Part shown: positions 26,720 to 34,776 of the stretch, piece after piece | How the letters are laid out: each line of letters opens with the position of its first letter | Position numbering within the stretch: position 1 is the stretch's first letter | Origin: an uncultured Oscillospiraceae bacterium | GTDB taxonomy: Bacteria; Bacillota; Clostridia; Oscillospirales; Ruminococcaceae | Length of the DNA: 44,761 nt | Direction: 5' to 3' | NCBI GenBank assembly: GCA_964423365.1 | Contig: CAYRFC010000003.1 | Coordinates: 1 to 44,761 of the forward strand | Position numbers and translations under genes: made by a program | Notes under the pieces: model-generated | Told to the model about the DNA's origin: nothing | Databases searched by the model: none | What the model saw: the letters and a program-made list of their open reading frames with translations, nothing else

Positions 26720-27205
26720 TCAGAGCTGCCCCGCCCCCGCCAGGCCCGCAAAATCCTGCTGGCGCAGGGCTTCATACACCCCCACGGCCACTGTGTTGGA
26801 AAGGTTCAAGCTGCGCAGGCTGCCCCGCATGGGCAGCCGCACCAGCCGTTCGGTTTGGGCGCGCAGCAGGCTCTCCGGCAGGCCCGCGTCCTCCCGCCCA
26901 AACACCAGGCAGCAGCCCGGCGGGTAGTGTACGTCGGTGTAGCGCCGGGGGGCCTTGGTGGTGAAAAAGAAGCAGGGGCCGGGCGCGGCGGCCAAAAAAG
27001 CCGCCAAGCTCTCGTGGTAGCGGATGTCCAGCTTGTCCCAGTAGTCCAGCCCGGCACGCTTCAGCTTCGCGTCGGTAACGGTGAAGCCCAGTGGCTTCAC
27101 CAGATGCAGGGCCGCACCGGTGCAGGCGCAGGTGCGGGCCACGTTGCCGGTGTTTTGGGGAATCTGCGGCTCCACCAAAACAATGTGCAAAGGCGTTTCG
27201 CTCAT
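26720..27205 (-). CDS. trmL: SpoU/TrmL-type tRNA 2'-O-methyltransferase
   Basis: 161 aa. IVLVEPQIPQNTGNVARTCA and the C-terminal SLNLSNTVAV trefoil-knot motif. ATG 27205 overlaps the upstream stop (ATGA). Confidence 0.85.
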   Translation of the reverse strand: MSETPLHIVLVEPQIPQNTGNVARTCACTGAALHLVKPLGFTVTDAKLKRAGLDYWDKLDIRYHESLAAFLAAAPGPCFFFTTKAPRRYTDVHYPPGCCLVFGREDAGLPESLLRAQTERLVRLPMRGSLRSLNLSNTVAVGVYEALRQQDFAGLAGAGQL

Positions 27206-28041
27206 GGGGCGCACACCCCGCTGGCCTTGGTGAGCAGGGGGAGGCAGGGCTCGAACCAGGCGCCCTGGCGCACCGTGCCGCCTCCGGCCATGGTGCGGCG
27301 TATGGCCGCCTCAATAAACTGCGCCCCCGCCCTGGCGGCCTCCTCCAGCGGCAGTCCCGCCAGCATCAGCCCGGCCAGGCTGGCCGTAAACAAATCCCCT
27401 GTGCCGGGGTAGCTTTGGGGCAGCATCTGCACCGGGATGCTGAAATGCCGCTGTTCTGCGGGCAGGTAGCCCCGCATGCCAAGGCCCCCCGCCAGCGGCA
27501 CACTGGTTACCAGCACCGAAGGCCCCCCCGCCGCCAGGCGCTCCAGCTGTCCGTCCAGCGTCTCCACCGTCCAGCCGGCCGGCTCGGCCCCGGCCAGCAG
27601 GGCGCTCTCGGTAAAATTCGGGGTGATGAGGTCGGCCAGGCGACAAAGGGCCTGCATGCCCGCCACCGTCTCCCGCGTAATGCCGGAATACAGCGCGCCA
27701 TCGTCCCCCATGGCGGGGTCCACAATCTTATAGCTGGCGGGGTAGCATTCCAGGGCCTTTTGGGCCAGCTGAAACTGCCCGGGGCTGTTCAGGTAGCCGA
27801 TGTACACGGCGTCAAAGTGGGTGTCCTCGGCCACAATATGCGCCAGCGCACGCAGGCCAAACTCCGATAAATCCAGAACCTGCACCCCTGCAAAGCCCCC
27901 TGTGTGGGTGGAGAGCAGAGAGGCCGGAAAGGGGCAGCACTGCACCCCGCAGGCCGCCAGCACACAGGGTGTGGCCGAGAGGCTGGCCCGCCCCACAATG
28001 GAAAGGTCCATGATGCAGAGCACCCGCTTGGGCATTCCCAT
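27202..28041 (-). CDS. pyridoxal/pyridoxamine kinase family protein (ribokinase superfamily)
   Basis: 279 aa, PdxK/PdxY-like with a GTGDLF anion-hole motif. A ThiD-like specificity cannot be excluded from the sequence alone. Confidence 0.75.
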   Translation of the reverse strand: MGMPKRVLCIMDLSIVGRASLSATPCVLAACGVQCCPFPASLLSTHTGGFAGVQVLDLSEFGLRALAHIVAEDTHFDAVYIGYLNSPGQFQLAQKALECYPASYKIVDPAMGDDGALYSGITRETVAGMQALCRLADLITPNFTESALLAGAEPAGWTVETLDGQLERLAAGGPSVLVTSVPLAGGLGMRGYLPAEQRHFSIPVQMLPQSYPGTGDLFTASLAGLMLAGLPLEEAARAGAQFIEAAIRRTMAGGGTVRQGAWFEPCLPLLTKASGVCAP

Positions 28042-28123
28042 GCCGCGCCCCCTCTCTGTTCGGCCCGCGCCTGAAGGTGAATTTTGAAACAGCCTAAATC
28101 ATCCAGCCGCAGCCAGATACTCT

Positions 28124-28153
28124 ATTATATACTGTAGCCCCCGGCAAATGCAA
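28124..28153 (-). promoter_or_regulatory. sigma-A type promoter of the pdxK-like/trmL unit
   Basis: Minus strand reads TTGCAT (28148..28153), 18 nt spacer, TATAAT (28124..28129). Leader of about 75 nt. Confidence 0.5.
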
Positions 28154-28303
28154 GTTGCCCGCACTGCCAAGGCGGGCCACGCCCGGGGCATGCAAAGGCC
28201 CGGCGAGTCTCCCCGCCAGGCTTTCACTTGCTTCTCTATTGTCTAGGGCAACACCGCGCAAAGCTGACACAGCCGCATCACCGGCATCTTTACCCGTCAT
28301 ATT

Positions 28304-28351
28304 CCCCAAAAATGCGCGGGAATACACCCAGTATTCCCTGTGCTTTTTGGG
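28304..28351 (-). terminator. long imperfect hairpin, probable terminator of the two-component operon
   Basis: CCCAAAAA..GGGAATAC-TGGGT-GTATTCCC..TTTTTGGG: two 8-bp helices around an internal loop with A-run/T-run arms, about 60 nt downstream of the kinase stop. Confidence 0.4.
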
Positions 28352-28409
28352 AAATCTGCCAAGCAAATCTGCTCGGCGCTTCGGCTACGCTTCTTTGTGC
28401 GGTATTGCC

Positions 28410-29945
28410 TTAGTGCTTGGCCTCGGGCGGGGCCAGCGGCGCTTCGAACCAGAACAGGGCGCCCTGGCCCTCCTCGCTCTCCACACCATAGGAAAAACCG
28501 CTGGCGGCAAAAATGGCCTTGGTGATGGACAGCCCCAGCCCCGTGCCCGGCTTGCCTGCATCGGCACGGCTGCGGTAATATTTGTCAAACAGGTGGGGCA
28601 GGTCGCTTGCGGGAATGCCGGGGCCGTGGTCGCTCACCTCCACCCGGGCGCGGTTTTCCGGGCTGCGGTATACCCGCAGGCCCATGTACCCATCCTCGCC
28701 CAGATGCTTCAGGGCATTGCCCAGCAGGTTGTGCAGGGCGCGTTCCAGCAGGCCGGGGTCGGCCATCACGTCCAGCGGCTCGCCGCCCTCAAACACAAAG
28801 TGGTAGTTTTCCTGGCGGCTGGCCTCCACATAGCGCTCGCCCACCTCGTCACAAAGCTGGGTGAGGTCGAAGCGCAGAGGCTCCGGCTTTTCCACCCCGC
28901 TGCTCACCCGCGAGAGCTCCAGCACGTTGCCCACCAGGGCAGAGAGGCGGTTGCTCTCGTCCACAATCACGTTCAGCTGCTCGGTGCGTTTCACGGGGTT
29001 GTCTCCGGTCAGGTCTCGCACCGTCTCGGCATAGCCCTTGATGAGGGTGAGCGGGGTGCGCAAATCGTGGCTGACATTGGCATAGAGGTCGCGCTGCAGC
29101 TCATAGGAGCGCTGCACCTCCTCGGCCATCTGGTTGAAATCGTCCGATAGCTGGGCAATTTCATCGCAGCCATCCACCTTCACGCGGGCGTCGTAGTTGC
29201 CACGGCTCACCTCATGGGTGGCCGCAGAGAGCCGGGTGAGAGGCTTTGTGAACCAGTGGCTAAACACAAAGGCACACAGAATGGCAATGAGGATGAGCAG
29301 CAAAGCCACAAAGAACATCAGCTCGCTTAGCACCCTGGTGGCCTGCGGCACACGCTCCAGGCTCACCGAGATAATCACCGCCAATTGTCCACCGGCCGCC
29401 GTGCGGCCCATCACCATCTGCACCGGGGTTTTGTGGTAGCTGCTGCCATCGGCGAAAACCGTTTGGCGCAGGTTCAGCACCGTGTCGCCGTTGGGGCCGG
29501 CCTCCTCGCCCAGCATGCCGGTTTTGTCGTGCAGCACACACCGGGCCGAGAGGCTGTCCTGCAGAAAGACACTCCGCAGGTTTTTCCCCGAAATATCAAT
29601 GCAGAGATGCTCAATTTGCATGCTGCCCTTTTCAATCTCCCCATTCAAAAGCTCAATGCTCTGGGGGGAAAGGCCCTCCACCACGCCGCTGTCCGTCACA
29701 TAGAGGGCGGTGAGGGGCACGCCGTTCTGCTGGGCCTTGTCCAGCACCTGGGCAAACACCTCCATGGTGCTTTCCAGCTCATTGTGAATGGAGGCGTTGT
29801 ACATCGGCTCCAGCAGCTTCACGGCAAACAGCCAGAACAGGCCGATGAGCAAAAGGCACACCAGCACCACAAAAAAGGTGAGCTTGCGGCGGATGCTGCC
29901 CGCAAACCATTTCCGTATGGTAAAATGCTTTTCTTCGCAGGCCAC
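28410..29945 (-). CDS. sensor histidine kinase (2 TM, periplasmic-type sensor, HAMP, HisKA, HATPase)
   Basis: H-box SHDLRTPLT, N-box NLLGNALKH, G-boxes DHGPGI and GTGLGLSI. GTG start 3 nt after the regulator stop. Confidence 0.9.
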   Translation of the reverse strand: MACEEKHFTIRKWFAGSIRRKLTFFVVLVCLLLIGLFWLFAVKLLEPMYNASIHNELESTMEVFAQVLDKAQQNGVPLTALYVTDSGVVEGLSPQSIELLNGEIEKGSMQIEHLCIDISGKNLRSVFLQDSLSARCVLHDKTGMLGEEAGPNGDTVLNLRQTVFADGSSYHKTPVQMVMGRTAAGGQLAVIISVSLERVPQATRVLSELMFFVALLLILIAILCAFVFSHWFTKPLTRLSAATHEVSRGNYDARVKVDGCDEIAQLSDDFNQMAEEVQRSYELQRDLYANVSHDLRTPLTLIKGYAETVRDLTGDNPVKRTEQLNVIVDESNRLSALVGNVLELSRVSSGVEKPEPLRFDLTQLCDEVGERYVEASRQENYHFVFEGGEPLDVMADPGLLERALHNLLGNALKHLGEDGYMGLRVYRSPENRARVEVSDHGPGIPASDLPHLFDKYYRSRADAGKPGTGLGLSITKAIFAASGFSYGVESEEGQGALFWFEAPLAPPEAKH

Positions 29946-29948
29946 CGC

Positions 29949-30632
29949 TTATTTCGCCTCCGGTTCAAACTTGTAGCCCACGCCCCACACCGTGCTGATG
30001 CAGTTCCGGTAGGCCCCCAGATGGCCGCGCAGCATCTTCACGTGGGTATCCACCGTGCGGTCTTCTCCAATATAGTCGTAGTTCCACACTTTTTGCAGAA
30101 TCTTTTCGCGCGAGAGGGCAATGCCCCGGTTGGCCGCCAGAAACACCAGCAGGTCGAACTCCTTCGGGGTCAAGTCTGCCTCTTTTCCGTCTATTTTCAC
30201 GGTGTGAGACACGGTGTCTACCGCGAGGCCGCCAAACACATAGCTCTCCCCGTCCACCTTCTCTTTCGGCAGGGTGCGGGCCAGCACGGCCTTCACGCGG
30301 GCCACCAGCTCACGCGGGGAAAAGGGCTTCACCACGTAGTCGTCGGCCCCGCCTTCCAGCCCGGTCACCCGGTCATATTCCTCTCCCCGTGCCGTCAGCA
30401 TAATCACCGGCACATCTATTTTGCGCTGGCGCATCTCCCGCAGCGCGGTCATGCCGTCCACAAAGGGCATCATAATGTCCAGCAGTACCAGGTCTATGCC
30501 GCCCTTTTGCAGGGCCACCAGTGCAGCCGAGCCATCCGCCGCCTCCTCGGCCTGGTATCCCTCATGCTCCAAATGCTCCCGAATCAGCTCCCGTATCCTC
30601 GGTTCATCGTCCACAATCAAGATTTTAACCAT
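29949..30632 (-). CDS. OmpR-family response regulator
   Basis: MVKILIVDDE, phospho-acceptor LLDIMMP, DDYVVKPF, winged-helix C-terminus. ORF trimmed to ATG 30632 behind GGAGGAAAGG. Confidence 0.95.
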   Translation of the reverse strand: MVKILIVDDEPRIRELIREHLEHEGYQAEEAADGSAALVALQKGGIDLVLLDIMMPFVDGMTALREMRQRKIDVPVIMLTARGEEYDRVTGLEGGADDYVVKPFSPRELVARVKAVLARTLPKEKVDGESYVFGGLAVDTVSHTVKIDGKEADLTPKEFDLLVFLAANRGIALSREKILQKVWNYDYIGEDRTVDTHVKMLRGHLGAYRNCISTVWGVGYKFEPEAK

Positions 30633-30696
30633 TGCCTTTCCTCCATCCTGTATTTCATGCAGGCAACCCGCCCCGGCGGGTAAGCTTCGTTTCTCT

Positions 30697-30726
30697 ATTG
30701 TATCATAGGGCGGGGGTATGTTGTAA
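30697..30726 (-). promoter_or_regulatory. promoter of the two-component operon (extended -10)
   Basis: Minus strand reads TTACAA (30721..30726), 18 nt spacer, TGaTACAAT (-10 at 30697..30702). A GC hairpin ACCCGC-CGGG-GCGGGT lies in the leader (30666..30681). Confidence 0.5.
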
Positions 30727-30843
30727 ATGTGAAAAGGCCCGAAATTTGCCACAGCGGGCCGAACTGCCCCGGCAAGCGGCTCACTCCTCCCGTTTTTTGT
30801 ATTATCCCTTTGTTATTATACGCTTTGTAAACTGCAAAAGGGT

Positions 30844-30872
30844 TTGTAAAAAAGCCTTTTAGGCTTTACAAT
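30844..30872 (+). promoter_or_regulatory. candidate promoter of the GDPD gene
   Basis: TTGTAA (30844..30849), 17 nt spacer, TACAAT (30867..30872). It would leave a very short leader before GGAGG at 30881. Confidence 0.45.
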
Positions 30873-30894
30873 GAGAGACAGGAGGATTGACTCT

Positions 30895-31731
30895 ATGTTT
30901 TTGACCATTCTGACCCTGCTCTGTGCGCTGGCATTGCTGCTGGCGTTCCTGCTGCTGCCCGGCGAGAGCAGCCCGGAGCAGCGGGAGCCCTTTTGGCATG
31001 CCAACATCGCCCACCGGGGGCTGCACCGCAAGGACGGCTCCCTGCCCGAAAATAGCCTGGCGGCCTTCACCGCCGCCTGTGACGCCGGCTACGGCATAGA
31101 GCTGGATTTGCGCCTCTGCGGGGACGGCGAGGTGGTGGTGTTCCACGACGAGACCCTGGAGAGGCTGTGCGGCGCGCCCGGCCGGGTGGACGAAACCCCG
31201 CTGGAAAAGCTAAAACAATTGCCCCTGCTGGGGGGCGAGCAGCACATTCCCACCCTGCGCGAGGTGCTGGACAAGGTGCAGGGGCGGGTGCCGCTGGTTT
31301 TGGAGCTAAAAAACGGGGGAGACTACAAGACCCTCTGCGAAAAAAGCTGGCGCATCCTGCGCCGCTACGACGGCGATATCTGCGTGGAGAGCTTCGACCC
31401 CCGCATTCTGCGCTGGTTCCGGAAAAACGTGCCGGGCCTGCTGCGCGGGCAGCTGGCCGCCCCGCCCCACACGCTGAAGCAGGGCATACAGGGGCTGGCG
31501 GTGGGCTGGCTTTTCACCAACTGCCTCTGCCGCCCGCAGTTCATCGCCTACCAAAAGGGCCCCCGCAGCCCGCTGGTGTGGCTGGCCAGCCGCTTTGCCA
31601 TGCGGGTGGTGTGGACCGCCCGCCCCGGCGATGATTTGGCCGAGCTGGAAGGGGACAACGACGCCGTGATTTTCGAGTTTTACACCCCCCAGCCCTACTA
31701 TAACCCCGAGGACAGCAGCGGGGAGTTTTAG
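30895..31731 (+). CDS. glycerophosphodiester phosphodiesterase family protein, membrane-anchored
   Basis: N-terminal TM helix, then GDPD motifs HRG, ENSL, ELDL and FHD. ATG 30895 lies 9 nt after GGAGG. Confidence 0.85.
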   Translation: MFLTILTLLCALALLLAFLLLPGESSPEQREPFWHANIAHRGLHRKDGSLPENSLAAFTAACDAGYGIELDLRLCGDGEVVVFHDETLERLCGAPGRVDETPLEKLKQLPLLGGEQHIPTLREVLDKVQGRVPLVLELKNGGDYKTLCEKSWRILRRYDGDICVESFDPRILRWFRKNVPGLLRGQLAAPPHTLKQGIQGLAVGWLFTNCLCRPQFIAYQKGPRSPLVWLASRFAMRVVWTARPGDDLAELEGDNDAVIFEFYTPQPYYNPEDSSGEF

Positions 31732-31744
31732 TCTACAACTGTTT

Positions 31745-33367
31745 TTATAGAATCAAATCCAGCTTATAGGCAATGCGCAGCTGCAGCTGCACCTCCACAT
31801 CGTTCAAATCCAGCTCCAGCATTTTTTCCACCTTGGCCAGGCGGTATACCGCCGTGTTGTAGTGGGTGTGCAGCTGCTTTGCGGTTTGCAGGGTGTTGCA
31901 GCCGGTTTCCAGCCAGGTGCGCAGGGTGTCTACCAGGGCGCTTTTGTGCTGCTTGTCGTAACTTTTTAGGGGGCCCAGGCAACGCTCGCACAGGCGGGCA
32001 ACAGCCTCGTCCTCCGGCAGCAGGGCCAGCAGGTAGAGAATGCCCAGCTTATCGTAGGTGATGGCCTGCTCCCGCAGGCCGCAGCGGCTGCTGATTTGAC
32101 TGATTTTTTTGGCCTGCTGGTAGGCCTCCGCCATGCTCTGCACGGGGTAAGGGTCGCTGATGCAAAAGCTCATCTCCCCCTTGTCCATGATGTAGTTCAG
32201 CTTTTTGGTGAGGGTGGCCAGCTCCTGCAAAATGGGCCCGCCCGCCTCCCGGTGCTCCACCACCAAAATCAGCTTGCCCTCCAGCACATAGAACATGATG
32301 TCCGGGTTCAAATTACGAATGATATTTCGTATGATATTCACATCTCTCTGCACAAAGTCCACACCGCCCGGCTCGGTGTTCAGGTTCACAATGGCCACCC
32401 GGTACTTGCCCTCCGCCTGCAGGCGGTAGTCCTCGGCCTGGGCGGCCACGCAGATGCTCACCGCGTCACCCAAGCTGCCCGAGAGCCAGTCCTCCATGAA
32501 CTGCATCTTGTATTTCCGGCGTATCTTTTTCACAGAGAGGGCGTTCTTCATCTCCAGGGCCAGAATGTGGCTGATGCGGCTGAGGATGACCTGGTCTATG
32601 TTCCGCAGCGGGCCGTAATATTCCAGCAGCACTATGCGGATATTGCTGTGCCCGCTGGCCCCAAAAAAGTGCACCGGGATGCGTTTCCCCTGCCCCAGGC
32701 TGAGGCCGTGGCGGCTGCTGCCGCGGTAGAGCTGCTTCATCAGCTCCTCCTGCATGCTCACCGAGAGCAGGCCCCGGCTTTTGGGGGTGACAATCAGGTC
32801 TCCCTCGCTGTCAAAAATCATCACCGGGTTGCCCATCATCTCCTCCACCACATGCAGGCACTGCTCGGGGCTCTCCTCCTTCCAAAGGGCGTCCAAAAGC
32901 TGCTCCATGCGGTCCTGCACATGGCGAAAGGCCAGGGTTTCACAGTTCAGAATGGCCTCCATGCTCTCGTGCACAATGTTGGCAAACACTGCCGCCATGG
33001 GCAGCTGAATGAGGGGAAATTCCAGCGCCTGGGCCTGCTGCACCACCCGCTGGGGCAGGCCGTCGCGGAAGCGGCGGGGCTTGAGGCAAAGCGCCACCGC
33101 CCCCTTTTCCTGCAGGCTGGCCAGCTGCGCCACCAGGGCCGCCTCATCCTCGCGGAAGGCATAGCCCGAGCTGATGACCAGCTCGTCCCGGCCCACCCAA
33201 TTCACCAGATTTGGCTCCTCCACCACATTGGTGCGGGCCACTTTTTTTTGCAGGCAGCCCCCGCCCGCCAAAAGTTCCGCCCCGGCCATAGAGCCCAGGT
33301 GCAATAAATCATCCAAAGAGAAATACACATCGGCATCCGCGGTGGCCACGGGGGAAGGCTTTGGCAT
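31745..33367 (-). CDS. PucR-family transcriptional regulator
   Basis: 540 aa. PucR-type C-terminal HTH (TAKQLHTHYNTAVYRLAKVEKMLELDL) with a large N-terminal sensor region. Divergent from the PTS operon. Confidence 0.85.
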   Translation of the reverse strand: MPKPSPVATADADVYFSLDDLLHLGSMAGAELLAGGGCLQKKVARTNVVEEPNLVNWVGRDELVISSGYAFREDEAALVAQLASLQEKGAVALCLKPRRFRDGLPQRVVQQAQALEFPLIQLPMAAVFANIVHESMEAILNCETLAFRHVQDRMEQLLDALWKEESPEQCLHVVEEMMGNPVMIFDSEGDLIVTPKSRGLLSVSMQEELMKQLYRGSSRHGLSLGQGKRIPVHFFGASGHSNIRIVLLEYYGPLRNIDQVILSRISHILALEMKNALSVKKIRRKYKMQFMEDWLSGSLGDAVSICVAAQAEDYRLQAEGKYRVAIVNLNTEPGGVDFVQRDVNIIRNIIRNLNPDIMFYVLEGKLILVVEHREAGGPILQELATLTKKLNYIMDKGEMSFCISDPYPVQSMAEAYQQAKKISQISSRCGLREQAITYDKLGILYLLALLPEDEAVARLCERCLGPLKSYDKQHKSALVDTLRTWLETGCNTLQTAKQLHTHYNTAVYRLAKVEKMLELDLNDVEVQLQLRIAYKLDLIL

Positions 33368-33448
33368 AAAATTACCTCATTACTTTCCTATATACGTTGT
33401 TTTTTTAATATTTTTTCCGGCCTGCAAAACCATATTTTTCTTTGTGCA

Positions 33449-33477
33449 ATTATACTGGTTTTCCTTCTTCTCTGCAA
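33449..33477 (-). promoter_or_regulatory. sigma-A type promoter of the PucR-family regulator
   Basis: Minus strand reads TTGCAG (33472..33477), 17 nt spacer, TATAAT (33449..33454). Confidence 0.5.
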
Positions 33478-33553
33478 TGGCTTTTGTCCATTTTTAAAAA
33501 TAATTTATAAACTGTTCACAATATACAGCTTGCATTATTGGTGTGGAGTCCTA

Positions 33554-33582
33554 TTGTTTTGTGAGATAGCACTAGGTATAAT
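33554..33582 (+). promoter_or_regulatory. sigma-A type promoter of the PTS operon
   Basis: TTGTTT (33554..33559), 17 nt spacer, TATAAT (33577..33582), about 70 nt upstream of the HPr start. Confidence 0.55.
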
Positions 33583-33654
33583 GGCAACAGATGGAAACTG
33601 GCCCAGAAGCCCCGGCCACCGCGGGGAAAGCCGAAAAAAAGGGGAGGCGCGAGA

Positions 33655-33912
33655 GTGGAAAAGTATGAATATGTGGTGCAAAGTGAATTGGGCATGCACG
33701 CAAGGCCAGCGGGCCAGTTTGTGAAATTGGCCACACGGCGCCGCTCGGTGATTGAGATTTCCAAAGGGGAAAAGAAAGTGAATGTCAACCGCATTCTGGC
33801 TGTGATGGGGCTGGGAATTCACCAGGGCGACCGGGTGGAGTTCACGGTTACCGGCGAGGATGAGGCCGAAACGCTGGACGAGCTGAAGGCGATATGTGAG
33901 GAAAGCCTGTAG
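33655..33912 (+). CDS. ptsH: phosphocarrier protein HPr (His15 present, position 46 is Arg)
   Basis: 85 aa, GTG start 7 nt after GGAGG. ELGMHARPAG places His at residue 15. KKVNVNRILAVMGLGI aligns without gaps to KTVNLKSIMGVMSLGI. Confidence 0.9.
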   Translation: MEKYEYVVQSELGMHARPAGQFVKLATRRRSVIEISKGEKKVNVNRILAVMGLGIHQGDRVEFTVTGEDEAETLDELKAICEESL

Positions 33913-33993
33913 CCGTGTTGCTGTATATTGGGTAAACCTGTAGGCAACGGGCCTGGCCCGGGGCCACTTGATACAAATGGAGGGACCTTAGCT

Positions 33994-34764
33994 ATGAGAA
34001 GGATGGGAAAAATTTTTAGACCGGACGGCAAGACCGTGATTGTGGCCATGGACCATGGCATGAGCATGCCCGTAAACCCCGCGCTGGACAAGACCGGCGA
34101 GATTTTGAAGGCCGTGGCCGCCGGTGGGGCCGACGCCATTCTCACCACCTTTGGGGTGGCGAAAAAGTACCAGAGGGAGCTGGACGGCATGGCCCTGATG
34201 CTGCGGGCCGACAGCGGCTACTCCTGCCTGGGCAAGGGCGATGAGGGCCCCGAGCTGTTCTTCACCGTGGAGGACGCCCTGCGCCTGGGCGCAGATGCCG
34301 TGGTGTGCATGGGCTTCCCCGGCATTCCAGACGAAACACACTGCATGAGCAACCTCTCTGCCCTGGTGGCCCAGGGCCGGGAATGGGGGGTGCCGGTGAT
34401 GGCCGAGATGCTGCCCGGCGGCTTCTCAAACGACATCCCGAACTCGGTGGAGAACCTCACCCTCTCGGCCCGCATTGGCTGCGAGTATGGCGCCGACATC
34501 ATCAAAACCTCTTACAACGGCACCCCGGAGGAATTCCGGAAGGTGGTGGAGGCCAGCTACCAGCCGGTGGTGGTGCTGGGCGGCGAGAAGACCAGCGACC
34601 TGGCCTCTCTGTTCCAGTGCATTGAAGACGCCATGACGGCGGGTGCTTCGGGCGTGGCCATTGGCCGGAACGTCTGGCGCCACAGCGACCCCGAAAAAGT
34701 AACCCGTGCCCTGGTGGATTTGGTACATGGCGGCAAAAAAGCGGCCGACATCCAGGGCCTGTAA
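33994..34764 (+). CDS. class I (Schiff-base) aldolase, DhnA/FbaB/LsrF-type (DeoC/LacD superfamily)
   Basis: 256 aa. VIVAMDHG, GADAILT and the lysine motif ADIIKTSYNG are typical of class IA FBP-aldolase / ADH-synthase / LsrF relatives. ATG 33994 lies 10 nt after GGAGG. Confidence 0.8.
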   Translation: MRRMGKIFRPDGKTVIVAMDHGMSMPVNPALDKTGEILKAVAAGGADAILTTFGVAKKYQRELDGMALMLRADSGYSCLGKGDEGPELFFTVEDALRLGADAVVCMGFPGIPDETHCMSNLSALVAQGREWGVPVMAEMLPGGFSNDIPNSVENLTLSARIGCEYGADIIKTSYNGTPEEFRKVVEASYQPVVVLGGEKTSDLASLFQCIEDAMTAGASGVAIGRNVWRHSDPEKVTRALVDLVHGGKKAADIQGL

Positions 34765-34776
34765 GGGAGAGGCAGC

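Noticed and set aside
25661-27412. 583-aa plus-strand ORF
   Set aside because: Antisense to degV, trmL and the pdxK-like gene. The same shadow-ORF signature applies. The same judgement holds for 15890..17386, 17737..19158, 21506..22861, 29385..30683, 32096..33307, 37547..38608, 19849..20844, 10324..11223, 3300..4199 and 1774..2640.
28094-28366. 90-aa minus-strand ORF and about 250 nt of apparently empty sequence between the kinase gene and the pdxK-like promoter
   Set aside because: The ORF overlaps the mapped pdxK-like promoter, has no RBS and has atypical composition. The region is adequately explained by the long terminator-like hairpin (28304..28351) plus promoter-upstream DNA. I could not recognise TPP or PLP-type riboswitch motifs.
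33480-33600. cre (CcpA) site in the PTS operon control region
   Set aside because: The closest candidate, TGTGAGATAGCACT, lacks the central CG and the symmetric TG/CA ends of the cre consensus.
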